Part shown: positions 27,453 through 40,455 of the stretch, piece by piece
Layout: the number at the start of each line of letters is the position of its first letter
Numbering within the stretch: position 1 is the stretch's first letter
Assembly (NCBI RefSeq): GCF_004010195.1
Contig: NC_057720.1
Coordinates: forward strand, 9,806,385 to 9,870,384
From: Chiloscyllium plagiosum
Taxonomy: Eukaryota
DNA length: 64,000 bases
Reading direction: 5' to 3'
The notes under the pieces: model-generated
The model's database searches: none
What the model saw: only the letters and a program-made list of their open reading frames with translations
Told to the model about the DNA's origin: nothing
Translations under genes and position numbers: made by a program

Positions 27453-27869
27453 TTATGCAGTTATATAGGGTTGTGCATTGCCACCAAACAGAAACATTAA
27501 GGTAGGAGCAGGGGTAGGCCATTTGATCACTGCTCTGTCAATCAACACGATCACAGCTGATCATTGACCTTAATAGACTAATTCTGCCCATCCTCCCAAT
27601 CCCTTGACCCCTTTAAGCCACAGGGGCTCCATCCACCACCCTCTTGAAAACACATGATGTTTGGGTCTCAACCACTTTCTGTGGCAGAGAATTCTACAGG
27701 TTCACCACTCTCTGGGTGAAGCCACATCTCCTCAACATTGTCCTAAAAACATTTACCCCTTATCCTTAAACTATAACCCTTAGTGACTCCCCCACGTTTG
27801 AAAACACCCTTCCTGTGTAGTCCTTAGAATCTCAATTCTGATAACAACTGATGAATTGCATCACCACAA

Positions 27870-28417
27870 AATGTTAGTGCAGCCGCACTTGGAATATTGT
27901 GTGCAGTTCTGGTCGCCCCATTACAGGAAGGATGTGGAAACATTGGAAAAGGTTCCGATTTACCAGGATGTTGCCTGGTCTGAAGGGAAGGACCTATGAG
28001 GAAAGACTGAGAGACTTGGGTCTGATCTCATTGGACAGAAGAAGGCTAAGAGGGCATTTGATAGAGATATACAAGATGATCAAAGGATTAGATAAGGTAG
28101 ACAGTGAAAGTATTTTTCCTGGGATGATGAGGTCAACTTGTACAAGGGGTCATAGCTACAAATTGAGGGGTGATAGGTTTAAGATAGATGTCAGACGCAG
28201 GTCCTTTACTCAGAGAGTGGTAAGGGCATGGAATGCCCTGCCTGGCAATGTAGTTAACTCAGCCACATTAGGGAGATTTAAACAATCCTTGAATAAGCAT
28301 ATGGATGATGATGGGATAGTGTAGGGGAATGGGCTTAGATTAGTTCACAGGTCGGCGCAACATCGAGAGCCGAAGGGCCTGTTTTGCGCTGTATTTTTCT
28401 ATGTTCTATGTTCTATG
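27870..28417 (+). mobile_element. CR1 LINE 3' fragment (subfamily with ttctatg tail)
   Basis: [17 protein letters not shown]...FTQRVVRAWNALP; (ttctatg)n tail as at 2400-2414. Confidence 0.92.
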
Positions 28418-28419
28418 AA

Positions 28420-28720
28420 TGGCAGTCATTGCTATAATGTAGAAAATGTGGTGATCTGTTTGCACACAGGAATACGATAATGAGCAGATAATCTATTCTG
28501 GAAATGTTGACCGAAGGATGAATATTGGCCAGGACACAGAGGTGACTCTCTTACTTGTGCCATTTTATAGCCATCTGGGAGACCAGGCAGAACCTCACTT
28601 TATCATTTCATCCAAAAGACAGTGCCTTCGACAGTGGAGCACACATTCAGTACCACACAGGAATGTCAATCACTTTTCATCTGCCAACCTTTTGAAGTCG
28701 GATTTGAATTCAGAGTCTTG
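28420..28720 (-). mobile_element. Degraded Deu-domain (SacSINE1/AmnSINE-like) SINE
   Basis: gatgaatattggccaggacac...catccaaaagacagtgccttcgacagtggagcac..cagtac resembles the reverse strand of the Deu domain; a similar remnant lies at about 3890-4050. Confidence 0.45.
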
Positions 28721-29119
28721 AGACAAATCTGCACTATTAAATTCTTTCTTTGCTGATGAACCCTACAGTGTGGAAACTAGCCCTTTGGCTCAGCAAGTCT
28801 ACACCAACCCACTGAAGACTAACACACCCAGACCCATTCCCCTACCCTATTATCCTACATTTACACCTGACTAATGCACCTAACCTACACATCCCTGAAC
28901 ATTGTGGGGCAATTTAGCATGGCCAATTCACCTAAGCTGCACATCTTTGGTGTGTGGGAGGAAACTGGAATACCTGGAGGAAACCCACTCAGGCACAGGG
29001 AGAATGTGCAAACTCCACACAGACAGTCGCCCGAGGCTAGAATTGTCACAGATTCCCATCACCCTCTTGGTGAAAAAAGTATTTCCTCTGACACTCCTGA
29101 TTATTTATTTATTTATTGT

Positions 29120-29435
29120 GTAAATTTTATTCAATTCACACCACCAAGAAGAAAGGAAACACCCGAGTGGCCAGTGACAAGCAGTGCCCTTCACATCAAA
29201 GGGCAATGCTACATGATCAAACAGTGAAGGGGAGGGCAGAGATTAAATCAAAATAGAGTTGGATGGGGAAATAATGCACTCCACTCCCTGCGGCGCCCAC
29301 CTTTCCCTGAACAGCTCAAGGGTGTTGGTGGACACTGCGTGCTCCTTCTCCAGAGACACCCTGGGCTCTGACGTGACCGCGGAAGAGGGACAGTCAGTCG
29401 GCCCTAACGACCCCCTCCACTGCACTGCAGTCCAT
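29120..29435 (-). mobile_element. Tx1/L1-like non-LTR element 3' end
   Basis: ORF end RVSLEKEHAVSTNTLELFRERWAPQGVECIISPSNSILI* followed by a short UTR and aataaa. A + strand fragment of the same sequence lies at about 25178-25232. Confidence 0.6.
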
Positions 29436-30221
29436 TTGATGTATGTAGAGCCTCAATTCCATTGGGCAGGGTATTCCAGGATTCTGACTCAGTGACAGTG
29501 AAGGAACGATGATTTATTTCCTAGTCAGAACAGTGAGTGGCTTGGAGTGGGACTTGTATGTTGCAATATTCCTGTGTATCTGCTATGACTGGAGAAAGAA
29601 CATAGACAAGTAAGCAAAACTATAAAGATGGAAAGTCAAGATTTCAAGTGACTAAGTTGTCCCTTACTATCTTTCTAATTTTTTGTTCTGATGGCACGGT
29701 TGTCTATAAGGTGATGATTATTTTTCAATTCGATAGTTGATCAGAGTCTTGTGAGAATTTTTTTTAGCTTGCTCTGTTTTTTTGCCTTTTCCCCACATGG
29801 ACAGAGAGAGAATGAAAAAAGAATTTTGCTTCCAGGTTGCAGGCCCTGGATCTTTCTCTCTCTGCTGCCCCAACACTTACAGCTTTCAATGCTCTGAACT
29901 CAACCAACCTGAGGGCTGTCGATAGGCAGAATTTCCTTAACTCAAAAGCCTCTCAGCAACACTCACTCCTGAATTCTCACTGCTTTCTGTGCCAACTGTC
30001 TGCCACAATTCAAAAATTTGCAGCGCGTAATTGTCAAGTGGCAAAACTCTCGCTATATCTCAGTCCAACTTCCATTTAATTTTTATAGTGGCAAAAAAGG
30101 AAAATACATGCTATACCAATTGTTACATGGCTTGGGCAGTGCAGAGAGGAGATCTTGAGCTGCACATCCCACTTTACTGACACGGAATAAGTCAATGGTC
30201 TCCACTATCTACAAGAGGTGA

Positions 30222-30377
<156 letters not shown>

Positions 30378-32059
30378 TAAAAGCAAAACCTGAAGTTTCG
30401 CCAACTCTTTTTTTTCCCTCTCCAACCATCATCATACAGCCACCCCGTGTCTGCAGTGAAAGGATTGCAATCTCTCACCTTCATCAATACATTAAAAAAA
30501 AACTTTTGTTGCATCTCATTCTCATGGAGATGGAATCCTAAGCCAGTGTTATAAGTGAGGGCATCGAATCTATCACAATGGAATCACCAAAATCTGTCAT
30601 TCTACAACATTTTGTTGGCTTTTATCTGTTGAACAATTGATTGTTGATTCCTGGGATGGCAGGACTGAGATATGAAGAGAGGTGGGATCAATTAGGGCTA
30701 TATTCACCAGAGTATGGAAGAATGAGGTGGGGGAAGTGGAACCTATCAAATTCCAGCTGAACTAGACTGAGTAAACACAGGAAGGATGCTCCTGAGCACC
30801 TCGGAAGTCCAGATCCGGGGTCATTGTTTAAGGATGTAGAGTAGGCTACATAGGACTGAGATGAGGAAAGAATACTTTACCCAGAGAATGTGAACCTGTG
30901 AAATTCTTGACCATGGAAAGAGTTTGATTAGATTACCTACAGTGTGGAAACAGGCCCTTCGGCCCAACAAGTCCACACTGACCCTCCGAAGAGTAACCCA
31001 CCCAGTCCCATTTCCCTCTGGCTAATGCACCTAACACTAGGGGCAATTTTGCATGGCCAATTCACCTGGCCTGCATGAGGAAACTGGAGCACCCGGAGGA
31101 AACCCCCCCGCAGACACGGGGAGAATGTGCAAACCCCACATAGACAGTCGCCCGAGGCTGGAATCGAACCTGGGACCTAGCACTGAGAGGCAGCGGTGCT
31201 AACCACTGAGCCACTGTGCAGTTCTTAGGGCTAAAGGGATCAAAAGGTACGGGGGGGGAATGGGAACAGGAAACTGAGTTGGATGATCAACCATGATGAT
31301 GCTGAATGCTGAACAAGCTCAAAGTAGTGAATGGCCTACTCCTATTCCTAGTTGCTATGTTTCTAACCAAGCATAAATATTGGAAATCAGCAAAGAAAAT
31401 ATTTGAAAGCACAAGCAATTGAAGCAGAAGCACACAATCCATTAAAACCTCTCCACCATTCCTGATCTTTGTGCCTATTCCTCCGGGACCCATATTCCTG
31501 CCTGCCCCCTGTACCTTTTGTTTCCCTCAGACATCAAAAACCGAGTTTCTCGGCCTTAAACATCGTCAACAACGTACGCCCACAATCCTTTGTGATCGAG
31601 ATTTGCAAAGATTCACAAACCTTTGAGCGAAGAAGGTTCTCCTCATCTTAGTCTTAACTATGAACATGCGGACATAGAAACACCCATCAAGCTGACTCCA
31701 TTATTCAACATGGTCATGACTGATCCTCTCATTCTGAGGAAGAGTCACTGGACTTGAAATGTTAACTCTGCTTTTTCTCCACAGATGCTGCCAGACCTGC
31801 TGAGTTTCTCCAGCTAGTTCTCTTTTGTTAATGTTTAAATTCCACATTGCTGCTCTCTCCCCATATCCCTTGATGCCTAGAAGCTTTAGAAATCTAGCTG
31901 TTTCTTGCTTAAACATTTACAATGACTTTGCTCCCATATCTCTCTGTGGCAGAGAATTCCACAAATACCCGCTGAGAGAAGACCTTCCTCCTTATCTCAT
32001 GCTGAAATGTGTCCTACATTTCCTCAGACTGCGATCTTTTTGTTCTGTAACATGGATAT

Positions 32060-34400
32060 GTCCTGCCCCATTGGCAGGACAGAGCTGGCAAAGGTGGCGG
32101 TGACACAGTGGCATACAGTTGGGAGGGAGTTGCCCTGGGAGTCCTCAACATTGAATCCAGACTCCATGAATTCTGATGGCTTCAGGTTAAACATGGGCAA
32201 GGAAATCTCCTGCTGATCCCCACGTACCGTTCTCCTCTGGCTGATGAATCAGTATTGCTCCAAGTTGAACAACATTTGCAGGAAGCACTGAGGATGGCAA
32301 GGGCATAGGATGTACTGTGGGTGGGGAATTTTAATGTCCATTACAAAGAATGGCTCAGCAGCAGTAATACTGATTGAGCTGGTCGGGTCCTAAAGGACAG
32401 AGCTGCTAGACTGGGTCTGTGACAACTGGTAAGGGCAACAAAAAAGAGGGAATAACATACTCAACCTCATCCTTACCGATCTGCCAGCTGCAGGTGCATC
32501 TGTCCATGACAATATGGTATGAGTGACCTCCACACAGTCCTTGTGGGGACAAAGTCCTGCCTTCACATTGAAAATACCCTTTGATTTGATTTTTGTCACA
32601 TGTGAGATACCGTGAAAAGTATTGTTTTGTGTGCTATCCAGACAAATCATACCTTACATAAGTACATCAGGGTAATAGAGAATGGAGAATATAGTGTTAC
32701 AGCGACAGAGAAAAACTAACTCCAATATATGAGAGATCCATTCAGAAGTCTGGTAATAGTGGTGAAGAAGTTGTCTTGAATCTGTTACTTTGTTTTCAAA
32801 TTTTTGTATCTTCTACCCGATGGAAGAGGATGGAAGAGAGTATAACTGGGATGGGAGGGATCTTTGATTATGTTGGCTGCTTTCCCAAGTCAATTGGAGG
32901 AGGACTGGTTTTCGTGATGGACTGGGCTGTGTTCACAAATCTGTCATTTCTTCCAGTCTTGGGCAGAGCAGTATCATACTAAGTTGTGATGCATCTGGAC
33001 AGGATGCTTTCGATGGTGCGTCTATAAAAATTGATAAAAGTCGTTGCTGACACGTTGCATTTTCCTAGCATTCTGAAGAAGGACAGGCAATGATGTGCTT
33101 CCTTGATTGGAGTGTTGATGTGGATGGACAAGTTTAGAAGCTACCAAACAGGGCTACTTGCATTCAAACAGCATAAGCAGCAAGTGCTAGACAGAACTGA
33201 GTGAAGTCCCAAGCAATTGATAAACTCTGCAGTTTGACCATAACTAGTTGTGAACTGTAGTGGACAATTAAACGACACACTGGAGGAGGAGGAGCTTCCA
33301 CAGATATCCTCATCCTCAATGATGGAAAAGCCCAGAATATCAGTGTAAAAGGTAAGGCTGAGGCTTTCACAGCGATCTTCATCCCTATGTGGCAAATGAA
33401 TGATCCATTTCAGCCTCATCCAGTAGTCCCCAGCATCACGGTTACCAGATCTTCAGCTAAATTGATTCACTCCACGTGATGTCAAGAAACAGTTGGAGAC
33501 ACTGGATACTGCAAAGGCTATGGGCCCTGACAACATTCTGGCAATAGTACTAAAGGTTTGTGCTCCAAAACTTTCTGCTCCCCTAGCCAAGCTGTTGCAG
33601 TACAGTTACAGCATTGGCATCTACCCAACAATGTGGAAAATTGCCCAGGTGTACACTGTACATAAAAAGCAGGACAAATCCAACTTGGCCAATTACTGCC
33701 CCATCAGTCTACTCTCGATCATCAGTAAGTGATGGAAAGTGGCACCAACAGTGCTATCGAGCAGCACCTGCTCAGCAATAACCTGCTCAGTGACGCCCAG
33801 TTTGGGTTCCGCCAATGCCAATCATCTCCTAACGGCATTACAGCCTTGGCTCAAACATGGACAAAAGAGCTGAATTCCAGAGGGGAGGTGAGACATCAAG
33901 GCCACACTAAACCCAGTATGGCATCAAAGAGCCCTAGCAAAATTAGAGATATCAGAGAGCATACTCTCTGCTATTTGGAGATATATCTGGCACATAGGAG
34001 GATGGCTGTGGTTGTTGGAGATCAGTCATCTCAGCTCCAGGACACCTCTGCAGGAATTCATCAGAGTAGCGTCCTACCATCTTCAGCTGCTTCATCAATG
34101 ACCTTCCCTCCATCATAAGGTCAGAAGTGGGGATGTTCGCCAATGGTTGCACAATGTTCAGCACCATTCGTGAGTCCTCCAATACTGAAGCAGTCTATGC
34201 TCAAATGCAACAAAATTTAGATGTTATCCAGGCTTGAGTTGACAAGGGCAAGTAACATGCATGCCACACAAATGCCAGGTAATTACCATGTTCAATAAGA
34301 GATGATCTAACCACTGTCCCTTGACATTCAATGATGTCACCATCACTGAATCCCCCGAAGATTAACATCCTGGTGGTCAACATTAGCCAGCAACTGAACT
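32060..34400 (+). mobile_element. Divergent CR1/L2-group LINE ORF2 (EN and RT remnants) interrupted by a Rex1/Babar-like 3' end at about 32581-33138 (minus)
   Basis: KAMGPDNILAIVLKVCAPKLSAPLAKL...WKIAQV..VHKKQDKSNLANYCPISLLSIISK and LLSDAQFGFR. The insert begins with a ttgatttgatt tail. Confidence 0.8.
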
Positions 34401-35572
34401 GAACTCACTAGGAAGGCAGAGTCTGATAGGTCAGTGCGTGACTGTGGGAATGCAACAGAGATTTTTCTTAAATCCATCAAGAAGATGCAATATACGTTCT
34501 AAGAAAAGGTGCAAGCAGTGAATTGCAATGTTCATCTTCAAGATAACATCCTAACTTCAATTGACGGCTTGTCAAACAGTGTCTTTATTTAGCACTGCTG
34601 CCTCACAGCGCCAGAGACCTGGGTTCAATTCCCGCCTCAGGCGACTGACTGTGTGGAGTTTGCACGTTCTCCCCATGTCTGCGTGGGTTTCCTCCGGGTG
34701 CTCCGGTTTCCTTCCACAGTCCAAAGATGTGCAGGTTAGGTCAATTGGCCATGCTAAATTGCCTGTAGTGTTAGGTGCATTAGTCAGGGGTGAATGTAGG
34801 GGTATAGGTCAGGGTGGATTGCTGTTCGGAGGGTTGGTGTGGACTTGTTGGGCTGAAGGGCCTGTTTCCACACTGTAGGGAATCTAATCTAGAATCTAAT
34901 CTGGAACATCTCACTTGACAGACAGCATTGTCAACAGGGCTGTGTGGTGTCACTGCTGCAGTGAATGGGCAGCCTAGCTGATTTCCTCAGCTCTTCAGAG
35001 TAGAGTTTGAACTCACCGCATTGAGTCCAAAGCAAGTCAGAATGCCAATAATATGCGCCAGCTACATCACAACCATGGGCATTAAGGCTTCAGGTAGCAT
35101 CCAGCACTCATCAGATTTATGCAGGGGAGATCCCCATCCCACAACCCAGGATCAAATTATAACCTTGCTTCAGTTTGAGGCCTTTGTCAGAATATTGGAA
35201 GCATCACATCATGATGTGGAGGTGCTGGTGTTGGACTAGGGCAGACAAAGTTAAAAATCACACAACATCAGGTCACATACCAACAGATGTATTTGGAATA
35301 ACAAGCTTTCAGAGCACTGCTCCTTTGTCAGGTAGCTAGTGGGGCAGGATCACATCATAACATAGAAACATACAAAATAGGAACAGGCGTAGGCCATTCA
35401 GCCCTTCGAGCCTGCTTCAATATGATCATATCGTTCCCCCATTTCATCTGGGGTGGTGATATCAGAAAAGAAGCGCCAGGATCCCATCGGACAATGTCCA
35501 ATGTCAGAGGAGATCTGGGAACTACACAATGCAACCATCCCCAGCTCAGGCGCATCTGACATGGAAGCAACA

Positions 35573-37064
35573 GTGGCAGTGATGGGGAAAAGGACGGTGC
35601 CAGTGACGGTGAAAAGGATGGTTCAAGTGACGGTGAAAAGGATGGTGCCAGTGATGGCGAAAAGGACGATGCCAGTGACGGTGAAAAGGATGGTGCCAGT
35701 GATGGTGAAAAGGACAGTGCCAGTTCGGGGAAAAGGACAGTGTTAGTCACAGTGAAAAGGACGGTGCCAGTGATGGCACAAAAGGACGGTGCCAGTGACG
35801 GGGAAAAGGATGGTGCCAGTGACGACGATAAAGATGGTGCCAGTGATGGCAAAAAGGACAGTGCCAGTGATGGCAAAAAGGATGGTGCCAGTGGCAGGGA
35901 AAAGGACGGTGCCAGTGAAGTGAAAAGGATGGCACAAGTGATGCAAAAAGGACTGTGCCAGTCACGGGGGAAAGAACAGTGTTAGTGATGGCGAAAAGGA
36001 TGGTGCCAGTGATGGTGAAAAGGACGGTGCCAGTGACAGTGAAAAGGATGGTGTCAGTGATGGCGAAAAGGACAGTGCCAGTGACGGTAAAAAGCATTGT
36101 GCCAGTGACGGTGAAAAGGATGGCACCAGTGATGGCGAAAAGGACAGTGCCAGTGACCGTAAAAAGGATGGTGCCAGTGACAGTGAAAAGGATGGTGTCA
36201 GTGATGGCGAAAAGGACAGTGCCAAAAGCATTGTGCCAGTGACGGTGAAAAGGATGGCACCAGTGATGGCGAAAAGGACAGTGCCAGTAACGGCGAAAAG
36301 GACAGTGCCAGTGACGGCAAAAGGACAGTGCCAGTGACGGCGAAAAGGATAGTGCCAGTGACGGTGAAAAGGACAGTGCCAGTGACGGTGAAAAGGATGG
36401 CACCAGTGATGGCAAAAAGGACAGTGCCAGTGACGGTAAAAAGGATGGCACCAGTGATGGCAAAAAGGACAGTGCCAGTGACGGTAAAAAGGATGGTGCC
36501 AGTGACAGTGAAAAGGATGGTGTCAGTGATGGCGAAAAGGACAGTGCCAGTGACGGTAAAAAGCATTGTGCCAGTGACGGTGAAACGGATAGTGCCAGTG
36601 ATGGCGAAAAGGACAGTGCCAGTGATGGTGAAAAGGATGGTGCCAGTGACAGTGAAAAGGATGGCACCAGTGATGGTGAAAAGGACAGTGCCAGTAACGG
36701 CGAAAAGGACAGTGCCAGTGTCGGCAAAAGGACAGTGCCAGTGACGGCGAAAAGGATAGTGCCAGTGACGGTGAAAAGGACAGTGCCAGTGATGGGGAAA
36801 AGAATGGTGCCAGTGATGGCGAAAAGGATGGTGCCAGTGACGGTGAAAAGGACGGTGCCAGTGATGGTGAAAAGGACGGTGCCAGTGACGGTGAAAAGGA
36901 CAGTGCCGGTGATGATGAAAAGAATGGTGCCAGTGACGGCAGAAAAGGACGGTGCCAGTGACAGCAGAAAAGGATGGTGCCAGTCACGGGGAAAAGGACA
37001 GTGTTAGTGATGGCGAAAAGGATAGTGTTAGTGTCGGCAGAAAAGGACAGTGCCGGTAACGGCA
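35573..37064. repeat. 24-bp minisatellite, about 60 copies, consensus GTGCCAGTGA(C/T)GG(T/C)GAAAAGGA(C/T)(G/A)
   Basis: Visible tandem array; it generates the 8-aa repeat ORFs PVTVKRMV and SPSLAPSF in the ORF track. Confidence 0.97.
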
Positions 37065-37174
37065 TAATCCCGGACCCCAGAGTGGAATGACAGATGGCAG
37101 ATAGTGGAGGAGCAGAGAGGGTGGTGTCTACAGAGATGGAAAGGTAATCCTCTGATGCTGTTTCGGTTTTAGTA

Positions 37175-37522
37175 CAGGTGAGCAATCCTTTATTCGAAAT
37201 GCTTAGAACCAGCTGGTTTTCGGAATTCAGAATTTTTCGAATTTCAGAATAAGTGGCAGTTTGATGGTGAAATTTTAAAACATCTTTCCAAAGAATAGAC
37301 TTAATGTGAGTAAAATGGGCCCTGAAACAAAATTGAGGCCTGACCGTGCTGGGCCGCGCCCCCACACGTCTCATCTGAGTGACACGCATCGAGTGGGTGT
37401 GGACTTGAGTTAACTGTTTGCACGCCAAACAACTTTGTTAATGAGAAAAAAATTCACAAAAAAGTCGTTAGACTTTGGAGCTTTTCAGATTTAAGGATTT
37501 CGGAGAAAAGGTTATCTATCTG
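37175..37522. mobile_element. TcMar-Tigger-like non-autonomous DNA transposon (Tigger4/MER46-like MITE)
   Basis: TA|CAGGTGAGCAATCCTTTATTCGAAATGCTT...TTTCGGAGAAAAGGTTATCTATCTG|TA: imperfect TIRs, TA target duplication and repeated TTTCGGA/TTTCAGA subterminal motifs. Confidence 0.7.
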
Positions 37523-38385
37523 TATTACCTATTTATTATTAATTTGTTCAGTATTTTACCATTTATACCATTTATTCAGTAATTTATTCTGTAATCCAAG
37601 ATGGAGTCGGAACATGGCAACATTATCCACTTTTCACTGTATCTGGGTACAAGTGACGATATACATTAGAATTAGAACCAGGTTTATTGTCACATATACT
37701 CAAGTACAAGGGTACAGTGAAAAGTTTACAATGACACCCCTCACAATGCCATCTTAGGTACAAAGTACCTCGTTGCAAATCTTAGACGGAGAAAGTGAGG
37801 AACTGCAGACGCTTGAGAGTCAGAGTTGATAAGGTGTGTTGCTGGGAAAGCCCAGCAGGTCAGGCAGCATCCAGGTAGCAGGAGAGTTGACGTTTCGGGC
37901 AGGACCCTTCATTAAGCCTGGAGAAGGGCTTATGCCCGAAACATCGACTCTCCTGCTCCTCGGATGCTGCCTGACCTGCTGTGCTTTTCCAACATCACAC
38001 TTTGTGAACTACAAATTTCAGATACAAAAAAGGGAAATAAAGAAAAAAGTGTTAGATTACCTTACAGTGATTCATAGTATAAGTTCGAAAATAAGAAATG
38101 AAGTTAAAAGGATCATCAACTAAATAATTAAATGAATCTTCTCCCCATATTCTTTGATCCCTTTAGACTTAAGAACTATAATCTGTTCTTAAAAACATTC
38201 AACGTTATGGCCTCAAACACTTTGTCTGGCAGAGAATTCCACAGGCTCACCACTCTCTGGGTGAAGAAATTTCTCATCTCAATCTTAAGTACCATACTGA
38301 CGACATTACCCTTAAATATTTCCTCAGATATCACCCCTGGTTGTGGAACACGTCTTATCATTTTCTTGTGAACTGAATTTCTTCA

Positions 38386-38988
38386 TGTTAGAAACAAAAT
38401 TCAATAAAATTTAGACGAGACCACCAAAACTAGAAACAAGACAATTTATTACGAACTTGCAAGTAAGGGCTTCAATTGCATAAGCAAATGAGCAAATTAG
38501 AACTTAGGTTAGTGTACAGTTATACCCTTTGAGCTGAGTGAGGTCATCTCTCCAGATTCCTAATTACCCGATCTCTCTTACTGTACCATATTACTGCCCA
38601 GCTGTGCTCCACCCTTATTACTTCCCCCTTCCCCAGGTTGGCAACCTTCCTTTCTGTAAGTGCTGACACATACATTTATTTTGTCAAGATCTGGTTTAAC
38701 ATTTTGTATCAATTCTGCTGGTACATTCCATCCTCGGACACTTCATTAACTTGTATCATTTTGTATAGCTCAAGCATTTCGGTTATCTCAGCTTTTTGCT
38801 GAAAACATAATTTTACAAAAAGAACTTTTTGTTATGGTAATTACACACCAAAGTTAGTATTTAATTAACCACAATTATACACTGAAAAGTCCCTAAATAC
38901 CTGCAGGGTTAATAGTTCTCTTGCTGTACCCCTTTTCTGTATGCTTTTTCTATATCTGCAAAATCAACACTTTACCCCATTTCTAACA
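38386..38988 (-). repeat. 3' LTR of the provirus (603 bp)
   Basis: tgttagaaa...tttctaaca forms a 9-bp perfect terminal inverted repeat. Minus-strand TATAA near 38520-38524 and AATAAA at 38445-38450; adjacent to the PPT. Confidence 0.96.
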
Positions 38989-39008
38989 ATTCCCCCATTT
39001 CTTTTCTT
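38989..39008 (-). promoter_or_regulatory. Polypurine tract
   Basis: Minus strand reads AAGAAAAGAAATGGGGGAAT immediately before the TGTTAG start of the 3' LTR. Confidence 0.85.
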
Positions 39009-39080
39009 AACCATTTGTTGTTTTTGCAATCTTATTTTCTGCCCTCTTTTCACCCTATGGCGTCGAGGTTCACAATCTAG

Positions 39081-40429
39081 TCATTTCTGTTCTTCTAAGT
39101 GTGTACCATTATTGGTTGTTGTCCTCCCAAGCTTAGTCATTATCCATTTTAACACATTAAACCCTATCAGTAAACCTACAATTATTAGTAGCACATAAAT
39201 GCCTAAATTCACTAACCATTTTCCCACCCGATCAATCTCCAGTTACCCCATCCCCATCCCCATCCTTCATCTTTTCGGAATTCATCTCCAATTTCTCTTA
39301 TATTGCTTATCTTTTTCTTTACTATTTCTGCCTTATCTTCCACTATGGAAGAGGTGTCTGAGATGAAGGTGCAACATTCTTTACCAATCAGAGCACAGGT
39401 TCCCCCTTTTTCGGCCAAAAGATAGTCTAAAGCCATTCGATTCTGTAAAGCTGCCAGTCTTGTGGCAATCATTTCGGTGGTTATGGCCGATATTTGCGAT
39501 TGAGTTTCTCCCATCGCGCCGGCGGTATCATTAATTAAATTTTCAAGGGCAGCCGCCAGTTTCTGTATTTCCACCCCTGCCCTTGTAGTGCCGTAGTTTG
39601 GGAGTAGTGTCCACAGTAGATGGTCTCCGTCAGAGACCTCTCAGGTCTTACGTCTTACCCCCACTTCTTTCATAGGTTGGGCTCATGCTTTTCTATTCGG
39701 AGGTGAGGGACTATATAAGCGAGGTAACAGCAGACACTCCAACCTTTCTGGTTTTGAGAAAGTGTTTCGTCAACTTCATAACATGACACATTCGATCACA
39801 CGGACATATTTTTCCCCGGGAATAAATGGATAGGCCTTCAGACCGCATACCCAATATGTTCCATTTAATATTCGGGGAGTGGTCGTGGCAGTGGCTTGAC
39901 TGGTGTGGACACAAGATGATATTCCCAATTGGAAAGGTGCAGCATCATTCTGATTACAGAAACAGGTGGTATTCACAGCTCCTTTCGGTGGGGAAATTCT
40001 AAGACTATCAATAGCGCCCTGATTTTTCGGGGCTGGCCTTGGGAACCATCCCGCAAAGTTATATTTGCTCCTTTCAGATCTCCACTCTGTATTATTTGAA
40101 CCCACATCAAATTATTGTACATCGTATACTCCTTTTCGAGTGAGCGGTATTACTGAGGTGGGGATTCCAGATTCGCCATGGTGTGGGACCTCTGCACAGA
40201 CCCAACAGTCGGCAAGTCCCTCTTGTTTAACATAATTCTGGCACAGTGTAGTGACGTGATTTTTCCCACTTCCTTGAATAGTTAGTACTACTAACATTAC
40301 AATACTATACCAGTATCTACCCATCTCTGAACCCTGCCTACCGTCCTGTCTTAACCTTTTAGGTGTCAGGGAGAGGTGAGTCCACACAGCCCTTACAATC
40401 AATAACAATATATATATATACATCAGCAA
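39081..40429 (-). pseudogene. env: ERV env (gamma-type SU+TM), full span but with stops and frameshifts
   Basis: In order: signal-like MGRYWYSIVMLVVLTIQG (ATG 40324), SU CWVC motif, YWVCGLKAY, GWSVCCYLAYIVP, RRKT* cleavage site, heptad repeat, ISD LQNRMALDYLLAEKGGTC, CX6CC (CALIGKECC) and a frameshifted anchor WLVNLGIYVLLIIVGLLIGFNVL ending at TGA 39081-39083. In-frame stops at 40112-40114 and 39641-39643. Confidence 0.93.
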
Positions 40430-40455
40430 ACGTTAAAAGAGACTTTTGTCTCAGT

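Noticed and set aside
35355..37428. Repeat-protein ORFs (SPSLAPSF, PVTVKRMV, HWH-rich) as a real gene, or the array as CRISPR
   Set aside because: They are by-products of a 24-bp tandem repeat with frame-breaking indels. There are no unique spacers, no cas genes, and the context is a vertebrate intron.
39212..39574. A domesticated syncytin-like gene at this locus
   Set aside because: This env copy has in-frame stops (40112-40114, 39641-39643) and frameshifts, including one before the membrane anchor, so it cannot encode an intact Env.
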